Assembly (NCBI RefSeq): GCF_001194135.2
Contig: NC_068983.1
Span: forward strand, 107,435,128 to 107,499,127
Source: Octopus bimaculoides
Lineage: Eukaryota
Direction: 5' to 3'
Length of the DNA stretch: 64,000 nucleotides
The notes under the pieces are model-generated. The model saw only the letters and a list, made by a program, of their open reading frames with translations. It ran no database searches and was not told the DNA's origin. Every line of letters starts with the position of its first letter. Position 1 is the stretch's first letter. Positions 1 to 13,066 of this stretch are shown piece after piece. A program made the translations under genes and the position numbers.

Positions 1-200
1 AAACGCCGGTGTTAAAACGGAGGTAGCTGATGAAGTAGAATGTTCTCTATGTGGCTTGTGTGTTTTCTCGTCTCTGTTTTGTTTGCAATGTCCTGTACCC
101 AGATATGCACCTATACATACAGGTGGATGTCGGTATCCACATACCTGTACGTATATATGCATATACTCTTTTACTATTTGTTTATATATATATATATATA

Positions 201-360
201 CGACGGGCTTCTTTCAGTTTCCGTCTACCAAATCCACTCACAAGGCTTTGGTCAGCCCGAGGCTATAGTAGAAGACACTTGCCCAAGATGCCACGCAGTG
301 GGACTGAACCCTGAACCATGTGGTTGGTATGCAAGCTACTTACCACACAGCCACTCCTAC
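201..360 (-). mobile_element. tRNA-derived SINE family A (octopus OK/OR-like), 5' half
   Basis: Reverse complement gives GGAGTGGCTGTGTGGTAAGTAGCTTGC..CCACATGGTTCAGGGTTCAGTCCCACTG (A/B-box tRNA head), repeated many times in the window. Confidence 0.85.
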
Positions 361-424
361 GTTATGTCTATATACTCTGCTAATGTTAAAAGGGAATTTG
401 TCATGCAAATCCTTAAGGATGTAT

Positions 425-1060
425 AATCAGTTCAGAGTACAAATGAGATTCTGTTTGGTGGAATTTGAGAAGATAACACTGCTGGGTAGTGTGTCATTTT
501 GTTGGTACGATGCACTCTCAGCTGCCAGTCTGGAGATGTGGAAAGTAGAAATGGTCATTAATATTTCAGTGAACTGGGCAGTTCTCCACCTTTAAGGGAA
601 TTAGTGGCTTCCTTCCTATGGCGTTTCTTACCAGATATAATGACTGTTGATATCACCTCTGCAACACCCAGGAGCACCTGATCATGTCACCAGTAGTAGT
701 GACCATTAGCTAAGGCTCTGATGCCACTCTAATGAGATGATTTTAAAGGCACAACTCTCTTTCAATATGCAAAAGACAAGTAGCTGTTTCACTCTTCGTT
801 CATGTGTGAAGATTTGTCAGATTTGGTAATGTGTTATAGACAGCTTGGATGACTTCAGGCCAGGGATTTGACTAAATAATGTTCCATTGCCATCTATTGA
901 CACACTTACCTTGACTCACCACCTTGTTATTTGGGTCCCACCATCATGCTAGTCAGTGCTTCCGCTATATCTGCACTGATTTCCACTAAGAGGAGCTGTC
1001 ACTCTTTTCCTTTCAATGTTACCAATCTGGTAGGTTGGAAATTTGCTGAAGCCCAAAAGT
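425..1060 (-). mobile_element. Relic of a HERO-like non-LTR retrotransposon (zinc knuckle plus restriction-like endonuclease region)
   Basis: Minus-strand fragments IQAVYNTLPNLTNLHT*TKSETATCLL, GIRALANGHYYW*HDQVLLGVAEVIS and PSSVIFSNSTKQ follow the order of the recalled motifs IQAVYDVLPSP.NLH.W...ETP.C.LC, ALA.GRY.WRHDQVL..IAE.I and PD.V..S.STKQ. Many stops and frameshifts. Confidence 0.6.
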
Positions 1061-1443
1061 CCTATTAGCATAGATCCCTCACCCACATATATATATAAAG
1101 AGAATAAGGCCAGTATTTAAAATAATGATCATATCAAATGGTCAGCATAGAAAAAAACCACATAGGTAATAATTACTATAGATATATAATTATATTCATA
1201 TAATTATATATCTATAGAATAGCTGTAAGACTTTATCCATAAAATATATTTCTAACTTTGCCATTGTTCTCTTTATCCTTTTCTCTCTTTATACATACAC
1301 ACACTAATACACGACCTATGTTATAATCCCCACTCTTGTTTATACAATGAACGGAGCAAAACTAGCCAGTATACAGCACTTACTCGGTATTACCTGTATC
1401 TTTGAGTTTGGTTGAATCCAATACCCTTCTTAACCTTATATAC

Positions 1444-1483
<40 letters not shown>

Positions 1484-1487
<4 letters not shown>

Positions 1488-1695
1488 GTGTCTGTGTTGT
1501 TCTTCCCAACATTGCTTAACAACTGATGTTGGTGTGTATACGTCTCCATAATTTAGCGGTTCGGCAAAAGAGACCTATAGAATAAGTACTAGGCTTACAA
1601 AGAATAAGTCCTGGAGTCGATTTATTCGACTAATGGTGGTGCTCCAGCATGGCCACAGTCAAATGACTAAAACAAATAAAAGAATGAAAGAATAC
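1484..1695 (+). mobile_element. SINE family A, 3' half
   Basis: TTAGCGGTTCGGCAAAAGAGACC.ATAGAATAAGTACTAGGCTTACAAAGAATAAGTCCTGG..GTCAAATGACT. Confidence 0.85.
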
Positions 1696-3027
1696 AACTA
1701 TATACATATATGCTGCATATTGGTGTCAACTAAAATTCATTTTTTAAAATTTGTCTTCAAACCAAACACAACTGTGTAAGTGTGTGTACATGTGTGTGTG
1801 TGTGTGTGTTTTATATGTGCATGCACACACACACACACAGATGCATGCATGCACACACACACACACAAGGCAAAAAACTGATTAGCTGACAGTATTTTAT
1901 CTCTTCAAAAGTTGTTGCATGATTTCAAAATGTCCATTTATAGAGAAACAATTTTTTACAAATGGGTTGAGTGTTATAAATTTTCATGTTTCTTGTCCTT
2001 CCATCTCTAGAATTACTACCTAGAGCTAATAATCACCCTCTCTATCACACATTCACACTCTCTTTCTCTATTTATGTGTGTGTGTGTATATACACATACA
2101 TACATACATACATACATACATANNNNNNNNNNNNNNNNNNNNNNNNNNNNNNNNNNNNNNNNNNNNNNNNNNNNNNNNNNNNNNNNNNNNNNNNNNNNNN
2201 NNNNNNNNNNNNNNNNNNNNNNNNNNNNNNNNNNNNNNNNNNNNNNNNNNNNNNNNNNNNNNNNNNNNNNNNNNNNNNNNNNNNNNNNNNNNNNNNNNNN
2301 NNNNNNNNNNNNNNNNNNNNNNNNNNNNNNNNNNNNNNNNNNNNNNNNNNNNNNNNNNNNNNNNNNNNNNNNNNNNNNNNNNNNNNNNNNNNNNNNNNNN
2401 NNNNNNNNNNNNNNNNNNNNNNNNNNNNNNNNNNNNNNNNNNNNNNNNNNNNNNNNNNNNNNNNNNNNNNNNNNNNNNNNNNNNNNNNNNNNNNNNNNNN
2501 NNNNNNNNNNNNNNNNNNNNNNNNNNNNNNNNNNNNNNNNNNNNNNNNNNNNNNNNNNNNNNNNNNNNNNNNNNNNNNNNNNNNNNNNNNNNNNNNNNNN
2601 NNNNNNNNNNNNNNNNNNNNNNNNNNNNNNNNNNNNNNNNNNNNNNNNNNNNNNNNNNNNNNNNNNNNNNNNNNNNNNNNNNNNNNNNNNNNNNNNNNNN
2701 NNNNNNNNNNNNNNNNNNNNNNNNNNNNNNNNNNNNNNNNNNNNNNNNNNNNNNNNNNNNNNNNNNNNNNNNNNNNNNNNNNNNNNNNNNNNNNNNNNNN
2801 NNNNNNNNNNNNNNNNNNNNNNNNNNNNNNNNNNNNNNNNNNNNNNNNNNNNNNNNNNNNNNNNNNNNNNNNNNNNNNNNNNNNNNNNNNNNNNNNNNNN
2901 NNNNNNNNNNNNNNNNNNNNNNNNNNNNNNNNNNNNNNNNNNNNNNNNNNNNTATATATATATATATATATATAGATATGTCAACATGGAAGGTGGACGT
3001 TAAGCAATGACGATGAAGATGATGATG

Positions 3028-3077
<50 letters not shown>

Positions 3078-3900
3078 ATATGTGTGTGTATGTAAATACA
3101 TATATACATATACATATATATAAATATATACACACACATGCATACATATATATCATCATCATCATCATTTAACGTCTGCTGGCATGGGTTGGACTGCTTG
3201 ACTGGGCGTGCAAGTTAGAAGGCTACACCAGATTGTAGTCTGATTTGGCATGGTTTCTACAGCTAGATGCCCTTCCTAATGCCAACCACTGTGAGAGTGT
3301 AATGATTGCTTTTATGTGCTACAGGCACAGGTGCCATTTGCATGACCTGATATCTGCCATGACTGTGATTTTGCTTAGGTTGATGGGTCTTTTTCTCAAG
3401 CACGACATAATGCCAAATATCTCAGCCATTGCCTCTGTGAAGCCTAACACTTGAGGCAAAGGTCTCTGTCGTTGCCTCCGTGAGGCCCATATCTGCCATA
3501 ACTGCGACTTTTGCTCAGCTTGATGGGTCTTCATCTTAAGCATGCTATAATGCCAAAGGCCTCAGCCATTGCCTCTGAGAGGCTCAACACTCAATAATGA
3601 AACATATATATAACATTATAGAGTTTTATAAACAGACAGTAGCCATCTTCCATCTCCTCCTCCTCCTCATCATCATTGTTTTAATGTCTACTTTTCGATT
3701 CTGCTTTTCTATGGGTTGTATGCCCATCCTTTCACCAACCTTCACATGTTCCCAAGCAAAGTAATTCTTCCCCATAGTCAGACTTTTTCACAGAGAAGAT
3801 TGGAAACAATGGACATAACTGGAATAGCAGTGACAATTGTTTACAATTATTGCATGATGTTAAAACAAAAAGACACAAGCACACACATACATACACACAT

Positions 3901-4067
3901 ATATGATGAGCTTCTTTCAGTTTCCATCTACTAAATTCATTCACAAGACTTTGGTTGGCTCAGAACTACTGTAGAAGACATTTTCTTCAGACATTTGCTA
4001 CATACTAGTCCTGAACTTGGAAACATGTGATCGGGAAGTGAACATCTTAACCACACAGTCATGCCTA
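3901..4067 (-). mobile_element. SINE family A, degenerate 5' half
   Basis: CTTCTTTCAGTTTCCATCTAC..CACAAG.CTTTGGT..TAGAAGACA core. Confidence 0.7.
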
Positions 4068-4329
4068 GGAAATGTATATAAAAATATTGAAATATGTGGC
4101 TACTAAATAGCCAATGCCAATATTTTGTTGAGGTGAAAATAGGAACAGATTAAGCTGAAGAACAAAGCAATTATGTCTCTCTCTCTCTGTCTCTCTCTGT
4201 CTCTGTCTCTGCCTGTCTGTCTGTCTGTCTCTGTCTCTGTCTCTCTGTCTCTGTCTTTCTCTCTGTCTCTCTCTCTCTCTGTGTCTCTCTCTCTCTGTCT
4301 CTCTCTCTCTGTCTCTCTCTTGTGTCATG

Positions 4330-5050
4330 GCATATTCATGCCATTGACGAATCATGGCTTGTTCCTCCTCCATTTATTTCTGTCTCTCGCAACATCACCC
4401 AGGTCTTTCTCGCTCTGCATGTTCATTCTCTTCTTCATCCAGTCGAACACCTTCATTCTCTGCCTTCCTCTCACTCTCCTTCCCACCAGCTCAGTCTCTA
4501 CCCTGTACTGCTCCATTCCGTCATTCTCTCTGAGAAAATGACCAACAAATCTCCACTGTCTCTCTTTAATAGTATCCATCAACTGTCTCTTCACTTTCAT
4601 CTTCTTCAACACTTCCATATTTGTCACCCTCTGTACCCACAAAATTCTAAGCATTTTTCTATAAAACCACATTTCTGCAGCTTTGAGTCTCTTCTCCATA
4701 ATTTTGCTTATCGCTCAAAACTCACACCATATGTTAGTAATGACCACATGTAGCACTTCAATAGTCTTTTCTTGACTTCCATTCCAATTCCCTTTACACA
4801 AAAAATGCTCCTCACATCCATAAAAGTCTTCTTTGCTAATCCAGTTCTTCACTTGATGTCCTTACCTGACCTTCCATCTGATGTTATCCAACTTCCCAGA
4901 TATATGAAACTGTCCTTCTGCTCTATCCCAGTTCCATTCACCATCCAGCGACATGTGGGTACCTGTGTCACCTGCTCCAAATTCAAGTGAGACCAGCATT
5001 AATACAAAGGAGGAAAAGTGGATTGATGATATCATAAATAACAATAGAGA
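4330..5050 (-). mobile_element. 5'-truncated RTE-clade LINE (end of RT domain plus C-terminus)
   Basis: IEQKDSFIYLGSWITSDGRS.KDIK*RTGLAKKTF and ORF 4352-4699 (EKRLKAAEMWFYRKMLRILWVQRVTN..WRFVGHFLR..GRRVRGRQR) are typical RTE C-terminal motifs. A simple-repeat tract adjoins at 4174-4320. Confidence 0.85.
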
Positions 5051-5978
5051 CATTAGAAACAATAGCTTTAAAATCACATTTTTAGCAATATTTAATTTGG
5101 CATGTATGTGAGTTTAAGAAGCTAACTTTGCTACCATAGGGGCAAGTATAACTTTTAATTAAGAAGTTCACTTCGTTACCATGTGGTTTCACTTCAGTTC
5201 TACTGCACAGCGCCTTGGCTTTTTTCTGCTATAGCCCTGGGTTAACAATGCCATATGAGGGAATTAATTCATTTGTTAGAAACTGCAGGTCACCTGTTGC
5301 ATTTGTGTATGTTTGTGTGTGTGTGTATATGTGTGTGAATATTTATATTACATGCTGGTGTAATATAAATATATAGAGCACAAATTGGCTGACATTCCTT
5401 GTTGACACTGTCACCTATGCATTTGAAGATTTGTAGAATAAAGAAATTCATTCTTTGGGAAATAAATAAGATTGAGGACAAGGGTCGGTGACAATAAGAG
5501 CATCTTGCTGTAAATTCTAGCATCAAATAGCTTTCCAGCTAAACTTATGCTAGTATAGAAAAATGGACATTAATTAAATGAAAAATTTAAGCTTTGTCTC
5601 TTTATTCCAAGAATTAACAAGTGATATAATAGTAGTATCTTACTTTCAGAAGTTTTTAAAATTTTCTTTGAGAGGATAAAATCAAAAGTATACCCACCAG
5701 TAGTTAACTGTGTATATGAAGTTGTGTGCGTTCATATATGAGCATATGTGTAAATATTTCTGATTATGTGAGTGTGAGTCTATATAAATATGCCTATGTG
5801 TTAGTGCTTCCACTCATGCATGCATTATATGTCATGCTTATAGCAATGCCAAGATGTATACTAGTGATTCACTTCACAAATATCACTAACATGACTTCAA
5901 TAATTATCTAGAGAATAAATCTGCTAACATGCTTCTGACAACATTTTGAGACACAAAACTTCCAAGAAAGGTACTTAC

Positions 5979-6137
5979 CGGAGTGAAAGTAAGACAACAA
6001 AGGAAGCCAAATATAAACAACAAAGAAACAGTAAAACATACAGAATAATTCTGATAAGAAATTGCAAGAGAAGAACCTTTTTGTATTGCAGCTGCTGGTT
6101 TCACAACCTTGTTAAATAGATTGGATTGCAGTAACAA
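5979..6137 (-). CDS. Probable first coding exon of a minus-strand gene: 53 aa ending in a ~20-aa hydrophobic stretch (signal peptide or type II anchor); product unknown
   Basis: ATG at 6137 opens MLLQSNLFNKVVKPAAAIQKGSSLAISYQNYSVCFTVSLLFIFGFLCCLTFTP, ending exactly at a consensus phase-0 donor CCG|GTAAGT. The surrounding DNA is non-repetitive, and an upstream acceptor CTTCATCTTCACTAGCAG lies at about 6259-6277. No homologue recognised. Confidence 0.45.
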
Positions 6138-7139
6138 GCATTTTATTACAAGTGTTTCCTTACCCGCCTTTTATATAAAACAAGCAAACACAACAAACAA
6201 ATTATGACTCCGTTGGGATTTATAAGTATTGGCATTTGGAGAATATTGCAGGAAATTATCTGCTAGTGAAGATGAAGTTTATTTTACTGACTGGATAAAT
6301 TTAGTTTTAAAATGTTAAAGGTGTATCAAGTTATCAAAATAAAATGTTCTGTTAATTAATTTTGTCATTTATTCCTGTGTCAGTGAGGCATACTGTGAAG
6401 ATTACATTAAAAGGATATTATATTCTTGAGAGGAGAAGGAAACAAGATAAAAAGAAAGACTAACAAATGTAAATCTAAATGAAACACAGGTTTATTTAGA
6501 GTAATCATAATAATTTGCAAAAAATTTCTGAGGTTTTATTCATTTATTTTCTATTGTTGTTTTTACCCTTCTCAGTTTAACCCATGTACTGAACATTTTA
6601 TTTTGCTTGCAAATGTTGTTACTGCAGTTATAGAATTAGTAGAAGTAATGATAGTTGTTGCTTTTGAAGTTTTTATAGTTGTTCACTTGTTCAGCTCAGT
6701 ACTGCATGATCAAACTTATGGCATGAAGATAACTGAATGGAACATTTAAATGGTGTTTCTATTTGTAACGATACTCCACATTATCCTAAATTTTAGAACA
6801 GCAGGGAGTGTATTAAGGTTAATTTGTCTGCTACATTAGACAAATAGTGAGGTCCTATAGATACCTCCCTTTACCCTTCATTAGATCACATTTCCAATTA
6901 CTTCATGTTGAGATAGACATAAAGATCTGTTGGGAAAATACACTAACATATAAAAACTAAAGTTTCATTAAATTACTGTTCAATTTTATAAAAGAGTATA
7001 ATACATAACCTCAGAAATTAGCAAACCTTATAAGAACTGATACAATTTGATTAGCAGACCTGTTCTGTTGAACCAAAATGTCTAAGTCTTATATTTTCAA
7101 TGAAAAGTAAAGTAATTATGGATATATAAAGCATTCATA

Positions 7140-7480
7140 CTGATACTGATAGTGATGATGATCATGAACACTATTGTGATCATGGTTATGAGGCATATAA
7201 TGATGATGACAAGGTTGGTGGTGAGATGGTACCACTGCTACTAATGATGATGAGGAAGATGAGAATAGCAATAGTAATAATGATGAGGAAGATTGGGATG
7301 GTGAAAGGGAGAATGGGTTTGGTTATGATGATGAGGAGAAAGATTTTGTGGTAATGATAACGAGAAAGAGGAGGATGACTGTGATAATGATGATGAAGAG
7401 GAAAATAAGAATACGTATGATAGTGTTAACATACTTAAGTGATAAATGTCGAAAAACACCCAATGAAATATGATAATAAG
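7140..7480. repeat. Degenerate (GAT)n-rich tract
   Basis: Direct reading. Confidence 0.8.
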
Positions 7481-7618
7481 ACATAATTTTCAGGGTTGGT
7501 TTAACTTGAGTTATACTATAATTGAATAAGAATCACAGTAAAGGAATTATGAATACTATTTTGGAGAAGAAGTATATTCTTCAATGGATATCAGCAAGAA
7601 TAGATGGTGCTTTATTAC

Positions 7619-7770
7619 CTTTCAGAGCTTTAGACAGAAATAAATTTTTAAAACTTGTAAGCTAAACATCAAAATGTTCAGCGTTAAGATAACTTGCTGG
7701 TCATAACATGGTGTAGGACAGAGGTTGGGAACATATGATGTTCTCAAGAGGAAGAACTAACTGTAGTTTT
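7619..7770 (-). other. Candidate non-coding (5'UTR) exon of the minus-strand gene, 152 nt
   Basis: Strong acceptor CGTTTTTCTTCTTTCAG| and donor AAG|GTAATA; all three frames contain stops. Confidence 0.45.
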
Positions 7771-8084
7771 CTGAAAGAAGAAAAACGTTTGCAGGAAAAA
7801 TCATTATATTGGAATATATTTTTGTTCATTTAATTATATTTAATTGCAGCTAATTGTAAATTTTAGAAACACCTATTTATATTTTTTCATTTACACTTGT
7901 AATTACAATTGTATTTAAAACATAGAAATCAAAAGAAATTTTTGAAAAAAAAAAAAAAAAGGCAGAAGAAAAGTGATATGTTAGGCCACTTATTTCAAGA
8001 CTTGCATTTTTATATTTTATTAGAGGTTTGTGAATAGTTATATTTTATATAATCATAGGTTTAGGTGTATAAACATTTTTTAGA

Positions 8085-8235
8085 GAGGTGCTGGTATGGC
8101 TATGTAGATATGGACTTAACTTCATTATCATGTGGTTCTGAGTTCTAACTAAACTGTGTGACATCTTGGTCAAGTGTCTTCATCTATAACATTGAGCCAT
8201 CCAATGACTTGTGAGTGGAATTGATAAATGGTTGT
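8085..8235 (+). mobile_element. SINE family A, degenerate 5' half
   Basis: tRNA-like head followed by GGTCAAGTGTCTTC..CTTGTGAGTGGAATT. Confidence 0.6.
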
Positions 8236-8514
8236 ATATGTACATACATACATGCATATAAACTCACATAAACAAATATATACCTCACTTTATCCATCCA
8301 TTCATCTATCAATCTGTCCATCCATCCATCTATCCATCCAGCCATCCAGCCAGCCAGCCAGCTAGCTAGCCATCCTTGAGCAGCTCTTCAGCTAGCCAGC
8401 TCCTGTCAAACTATCCAGCTCATGCCAGCATGGAGAACAGACGTTAAATGATGATGATGATGATAATTGTGATGATGGTGATTTATTTATTTATTTATTT
8501 CATTTATTTTGTAC

Positions 8515-8616
8515 CTGAAAGTGCAGAAAACTAAAGTATTTCCAATACAGCACTCTGCCCAAACTCAAGGCTGTCTACACTCTTCGACTGGCATCTCAAG
8601 GACAATCGAAATTCTG
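8515..8616 (-). other. Candidate non-coding (5'UTR) exon with tandem TAGCAG acceptor
   Basis: Acceptor GATTTTCTACATAG|CAG| and donor CAG|GTACAA; the frames checked on the minus strand contain stops. Confidence 0.35.
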
Positions 8617-9248
8617 CTATGTAGAAAATCCAGGTATCACATTTCTAAGTCCATTGCATGGGTCAAGTGAAAAATAAAGTATAATCCCAATAAAAAGACA
8701 AAGAAAGAGTTTAGCACATCTTTAATGACCAGTTACAATTGATTCAGTACCGTTCAGTTTTTAATGCCATTGCATGCAACAATTCCACATGGTAAGTTGC
8801 ATAATATTTGCGGTTTTAAATGTTAGAGTGGTTTGTCATCAAATTTGCATCAAAAGGTGGATTTTCACATTGTGCAACTGTCAAACATTGTATGTTGCCT
8901 ATATTGGAAGGAAACAATAAGTATAAAACAAATATAATATAAGAATATTTATTGTTTTCACCCAATATAAGCAACATACAATGCTTGATAGACACGCAAT
9001 GTAAGAGTGCATCTTTTGATGCAGATATTATGAAGTTCCACTCCACTGTATTAAACCCTGAATATTACATAACTTTTCACATGGAACTTTTGTGCTCAAT
9101 GGCATTAAAAACAGAGTCATACCAAAACAATTGTAACTACTCGTTAAAGAATGCTAAACTCTTTCTTTGTCTTCTTATCTGGATTATCTATCTATATACA
9201 TATATGTATATATGTGTGTACGTTTGTATTTACATGCATGTATGTAGA

Positions 9249-9313
<65 letters not shown>

Positions 9314-9314
9314 A

Positions 9315-9345
9315 CTAGCAGCTAAGCCCGGTTTCAGCTAAGCAC
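9315..9345 (-). mobile_element. Helitron-like 3' terminal stub
   Basis: TATACTAGCAGCTAAGCCCGG resembles the TATACTAGCAGAAATACCCGG end at 11295. Confidence 0.4.
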
Positions 9346-9359
9346 CTGTTACTAGCTAG

Positions 9360-9950
9360 TGGAGAGTGTTAAGGGATAGGGGCTTTGTGCAAAGGCTATA
9401 ATAGAGGGACAAGCATAGGGGGATACCTGGTTACCGTGCATTATATAACGGTGGGTGGAAGAAATTTTGAAGGGATAAAGAGGATAGCGATGCAGTACCA
9501 GAGTAAATTTTGAAGGTACAAGAAGTAAGGAGAGGACACAGACAGTGAACCAGAAGTGGGGAGGTGGGAGTGTGTACTTTTGTAAGGGTGTAAGGGGAGA
9601 GTAATAAATGGTTAGAGATGGGGTTGGGTAGTAGAAGTACAGTTGATGGGAAATATTTGTATGAAGAGAGGGTAAGAGTAGAGAGAGAAGTGGTTCAGGA
9701 AGGGTAGATTAAAAGGTTGGCAGAATGGATGAAGTACAAGGTGTAGGAGTGGAAAGGAGGAAGGTATAGGGGTATATAAAGGTGGCTATAGTCAGTGGGG
9801 TGACCCATGCTTCCAGACACAATGCAATTCAAGAAAATATGGAAATATTTTATCATAAGTTGCTGAACAAAGTGTAAGAAATAGACAAGATAGAAAAAAA
9901 TCAGTAAAGAATAGTGTGAAAATATTAAACAACAAATGACAAGCAACACG
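9360..9950 (-). mobile_element. Decayed Penelope-like RT fragment
   Basis: CIVSGSMGHPTD..LPPFHSYTLYF and STHRYIMHGNQ resemble the PLE RT motifs RPIVS...PT...L....SYI.DT and THY.Q.HG.AMG. Confidence 0.4.
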
Positions 9951-10041
9951 ATTAAAACAATAAAGTCAAGGAAAGCTGCAAGTAATTCTAGTCACATGCT
10001 TTGTTAATTAAATTGTGTAGACGATATAGCAGAATTGCTAC

Positions 10042-10047
<6 letters not shown>

Positions 10048-10101
<54 letters not shown>

Positions 10102-10126
10102 CATTATTATTATTATTATTATTATT
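10048..10126. repeat. (TTA)n microsatellite
   Basis: Direct reading. Confidence 0.95.
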
Positions 10127-11241
10127 ACCATGAAGACAAGGCAAACATACTAGAAAGAGAAGAAATTACAGAGAAGTTAAGCTAATGAATTGAGTAATGA
10201 TAATGGTAGAGTAACTTTTAGTGAAGCTAATAGATAATAGAATGCAGTTTTGGGAGATTTCCAAGACATGGAACTACAGAACTACAGAACTACAGTTACC
10301 ATATGTATATTGAGTCATCTACAAAGATGTATTAGACATAGAATATAGAGCAAATTTGCATTTGTCAACCATGAAGATACCACATCCTATAATTTGGTGA
10401 TTGTATATTAGATCTTACACACACCCACATAAACACAGACACACACACGTGCACACATATGCACATACACACACCATTACACACATGTATAAATATATAT
10501 GCATTCATATATACATGTGTGTGTGTGTCTTTATAAAGAAAAGTCCTTTGACTATTTATATCTTTATTCATTTTTACATTGACAATGATTTTATCAAATG
10601 ATCGTCCTTCAAATGTCACTTTAATGTTCCAAGCAAGAATTGAATTTCGAAGTCATTATGAGGATGACTACAGAAATAATTAGAGAAAGGAAATTAGAAA
10701 AGATTTAAGCTAATGGAGAAGGCAGTAGTGAGAGAATTTTAACAAAGCCAGTAAAGGATAAAATATAAAGCAGGATTGTTCCACTGCATGGAAACACGGA
10801 TCCTATATATATATAGTGAATCTTTCAGGAGAGAAATATTGGGTATAGAACAATTAATTCCTTGCTTACATCAGTTAACATAGAGAAAACTACTTTGGTG
10901 ATTTGGTGGGCAAATAAGAAAGCTAAATTTAGGTCAATAATGACTTAAATTTAGCTTTCTTCATGATGATGATCATCATCATTTAATTTCCACCTTCCAT
11001 TCTGGTATGGGTTGGATGATTCAACAGGATCCAGTGAGTTGGATGGCTACTTCAACTTCTAATGTCGGCTTTAGCATGACTTTTATGGCTGGATGCCCTT
11101 TCTAACAACAACCCATTAACAGTGTACAGGGTGCTTTTTTTTTTATCTATTCCCCCACCTCAATGCTAATGAGATCACCAAATAATTCACTAGGCAAAAA
11201 AGCTCCTGCAACTGAGAGGGATGTTGTTGAAACATTTACCT

Positions 11242-11287
<46 letters not shown>

Positions 11288-11298
11288 TTATATATATA

Positions 11299-12592
11299 CT
11301 AGCAGAAATACCCGGCTTTGCCCGGGTTAAAGAGAATAATGAAATCTAAAAACGCCGTCTAGACTACGCAACCCTCAACTGTTAGTAGCTACGATACCAT
11401 ATTTCTACATTAATAACTCTCCAATCCATGCCAGCATGGAACATAGACATTAAGTGGAATGCCAGTCTCTCATCTAGGAGGGCCTTGAAATCAATGTTAC
11501 CAACTGGGGACTATGTGTGTCGCAGTGATAATNNNNNNNNNNNNNNNNNNNNNNNNNNNNNNNNNNNNNNNNNNNNNNNNNNNNNNNNNNNNNNNNNNNN
11601 NNNNNNNNNNNNNNNNNNNNNNNNNNNNNNNNNNNNNNNNNNNNNNNNNNNNNNNNNNNNNNNNNNNNNNNNNNNNNNNNNNNNNNNNNNNNNNNNNNNN
11701 NNNNNNNNNNNNNNNNNNNNNNNNNNNNNNNNNNNNNNNNNNNNNNNNNNNNNNNNNNNNNNNNNNNNNNNNNNNNNNNNNNNNNNNNNNNNNNNNNNNN
11801 NNNNNNNNNNNNNNNNNNNNNNNNNNNNNNNNNNNNNNNNNNNNNNNNNNNNNNNNNNNNNNNNNNNNNNNNNNNNNNNNNNNNNNNNNNNNNNNNNNNN
11901 NNNNNNNNNNNNNNNNNNNNNNNNNNNNNNNNNNNNNNNNNNNNNNNNNNNNNNNNNNNNNNNNNNNNNNNNNNNNNNNNNNNNNNNNNNNNNNNNNNNN
12001 NNNNNNNNNNNNNNNNNNNNNNNNNNNNNNNNNNNNNNNNNNNNNNNNNNNNNNNNNNNNNNNNNNNNNNNNNNNNNNNNNNNNNNNNNNNNNNNNNNNN
12101 NNNNNNNNNNNNNNNNNNNNNNNNNNNNNNNNNNNNNNNNNNNNNNNNNNNNNNNNNNNNNNNNNNNNNNNNNNNNNNNNNNNNNNNNNNNNNNNNNNNN
12201 NNNNNNNNNNNNNNNNNNNNNNNNNNNNNNNNNNNNNNNNNNNNNNNNNNNNNNNNNNNNNNNNNNNNNNNNNNNNNNNNNNNNNNNNNNNNNNNNNNNN
12301 NNNNNNNNNNNNNNNNNNNNNNNNNNNNNNNNNNNNNNNNNNTAAAGTGAAAGTATTTGACATGAGTGTTTTTGTTTCACTTTTGACATGTAATACGTAA
12401 ATAGTGGAGGAGATATTATGTTGCCGTGGGCTCGAACTCTGCAAGAAGTTAAAATTTTTTTTGACTAAAACACAACTGGAACCCTAAGTAAGACATCTGT
12501 AAAATTTGAATGAAATTGGTTGCGTAGTTCTCGAGTTTTAGGGATTCACACAGACAGACAGACAGACACATTCTCATTTTTATATATATAGA
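11299..12592 (-). mobile_element. Non-autonomous Helitron-like element spanning a gap
   Basis: On the minus strand: 5' TC terminus (12592), 3' hairpin CCCGG gcaaag CCGGG 8 nt before the terminal CTAG (11299-11302), and insertion between A and T. An internal (ACAG)n tract lies near the 5' end. Confidence 0.75.
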
Positions 12593-12608
12593 TATGCATA
12601 TGTATTCT

Positions 12609-12862
12609 TTCACTCTTTATTCTTTTACACGTTTCAGTCATTTGACAGTGGCCATGCTAGAGCACTGCCCCAAAGGATTTTAGTCAAGGAAATTGACCTC
12701 AGGACTTATTTTGTGTAAGCCTAGTACTTATTCTATTGTTCTCTTTAGCTGAACTGCTAAGTTACGGAGAAATAAACACACCAGCAAGTGACGGTGGGGA
12801 CACAAATAAACACAAAGACACACACACACACACACATATATATNNNNNNNNNNAACACAAAG

Positions 12863-12907
<45 letters not shown>

Positions 12908-13066
12908 CGATGGGCTTCTTTCCTTTTCTGTCTACCAAATCCACTCACAAGGCTTTGATTGATCTGAGGGTGTAGCAAAAGGCACTTGCCCAAGGTGCCA
13001 TACTATGAGACTGAACCTGGAACCATGTGGTTGGGAAGCAAGCTTCTTACCACACAGCCACACGTG
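12609..13066 (-). mobile_element. SINE family A, full length
   Basis: Head, central (CA)/(TA) tract and 3' half all present. Confidence 0.9.

Noticed and set aside
20-80. CTGATGA near the window start
   Set aside because: No downstream GAAA or stem III.
40-426. Recurrent ORFs such as YDGLLSVSVYQIHSQG..IVEDTCPRCHAVGLNP (also near 22.7, 43.1, 59.4 and 62.0 kb)
   Set aside because: They are antisense translations of SINE family A and recur only because the SINE does.
8520-8631. Plus-strand open frame CRKLKYFQYSTLPKLKAVYTLRLASQGQSKFCYVENP bounded by AG/GT
   Set aside because: The plus-strand acceptor is weak and no homology was recognised; the minus-strand splice signals fit the neighbouring exons better. 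Not fully excluded.
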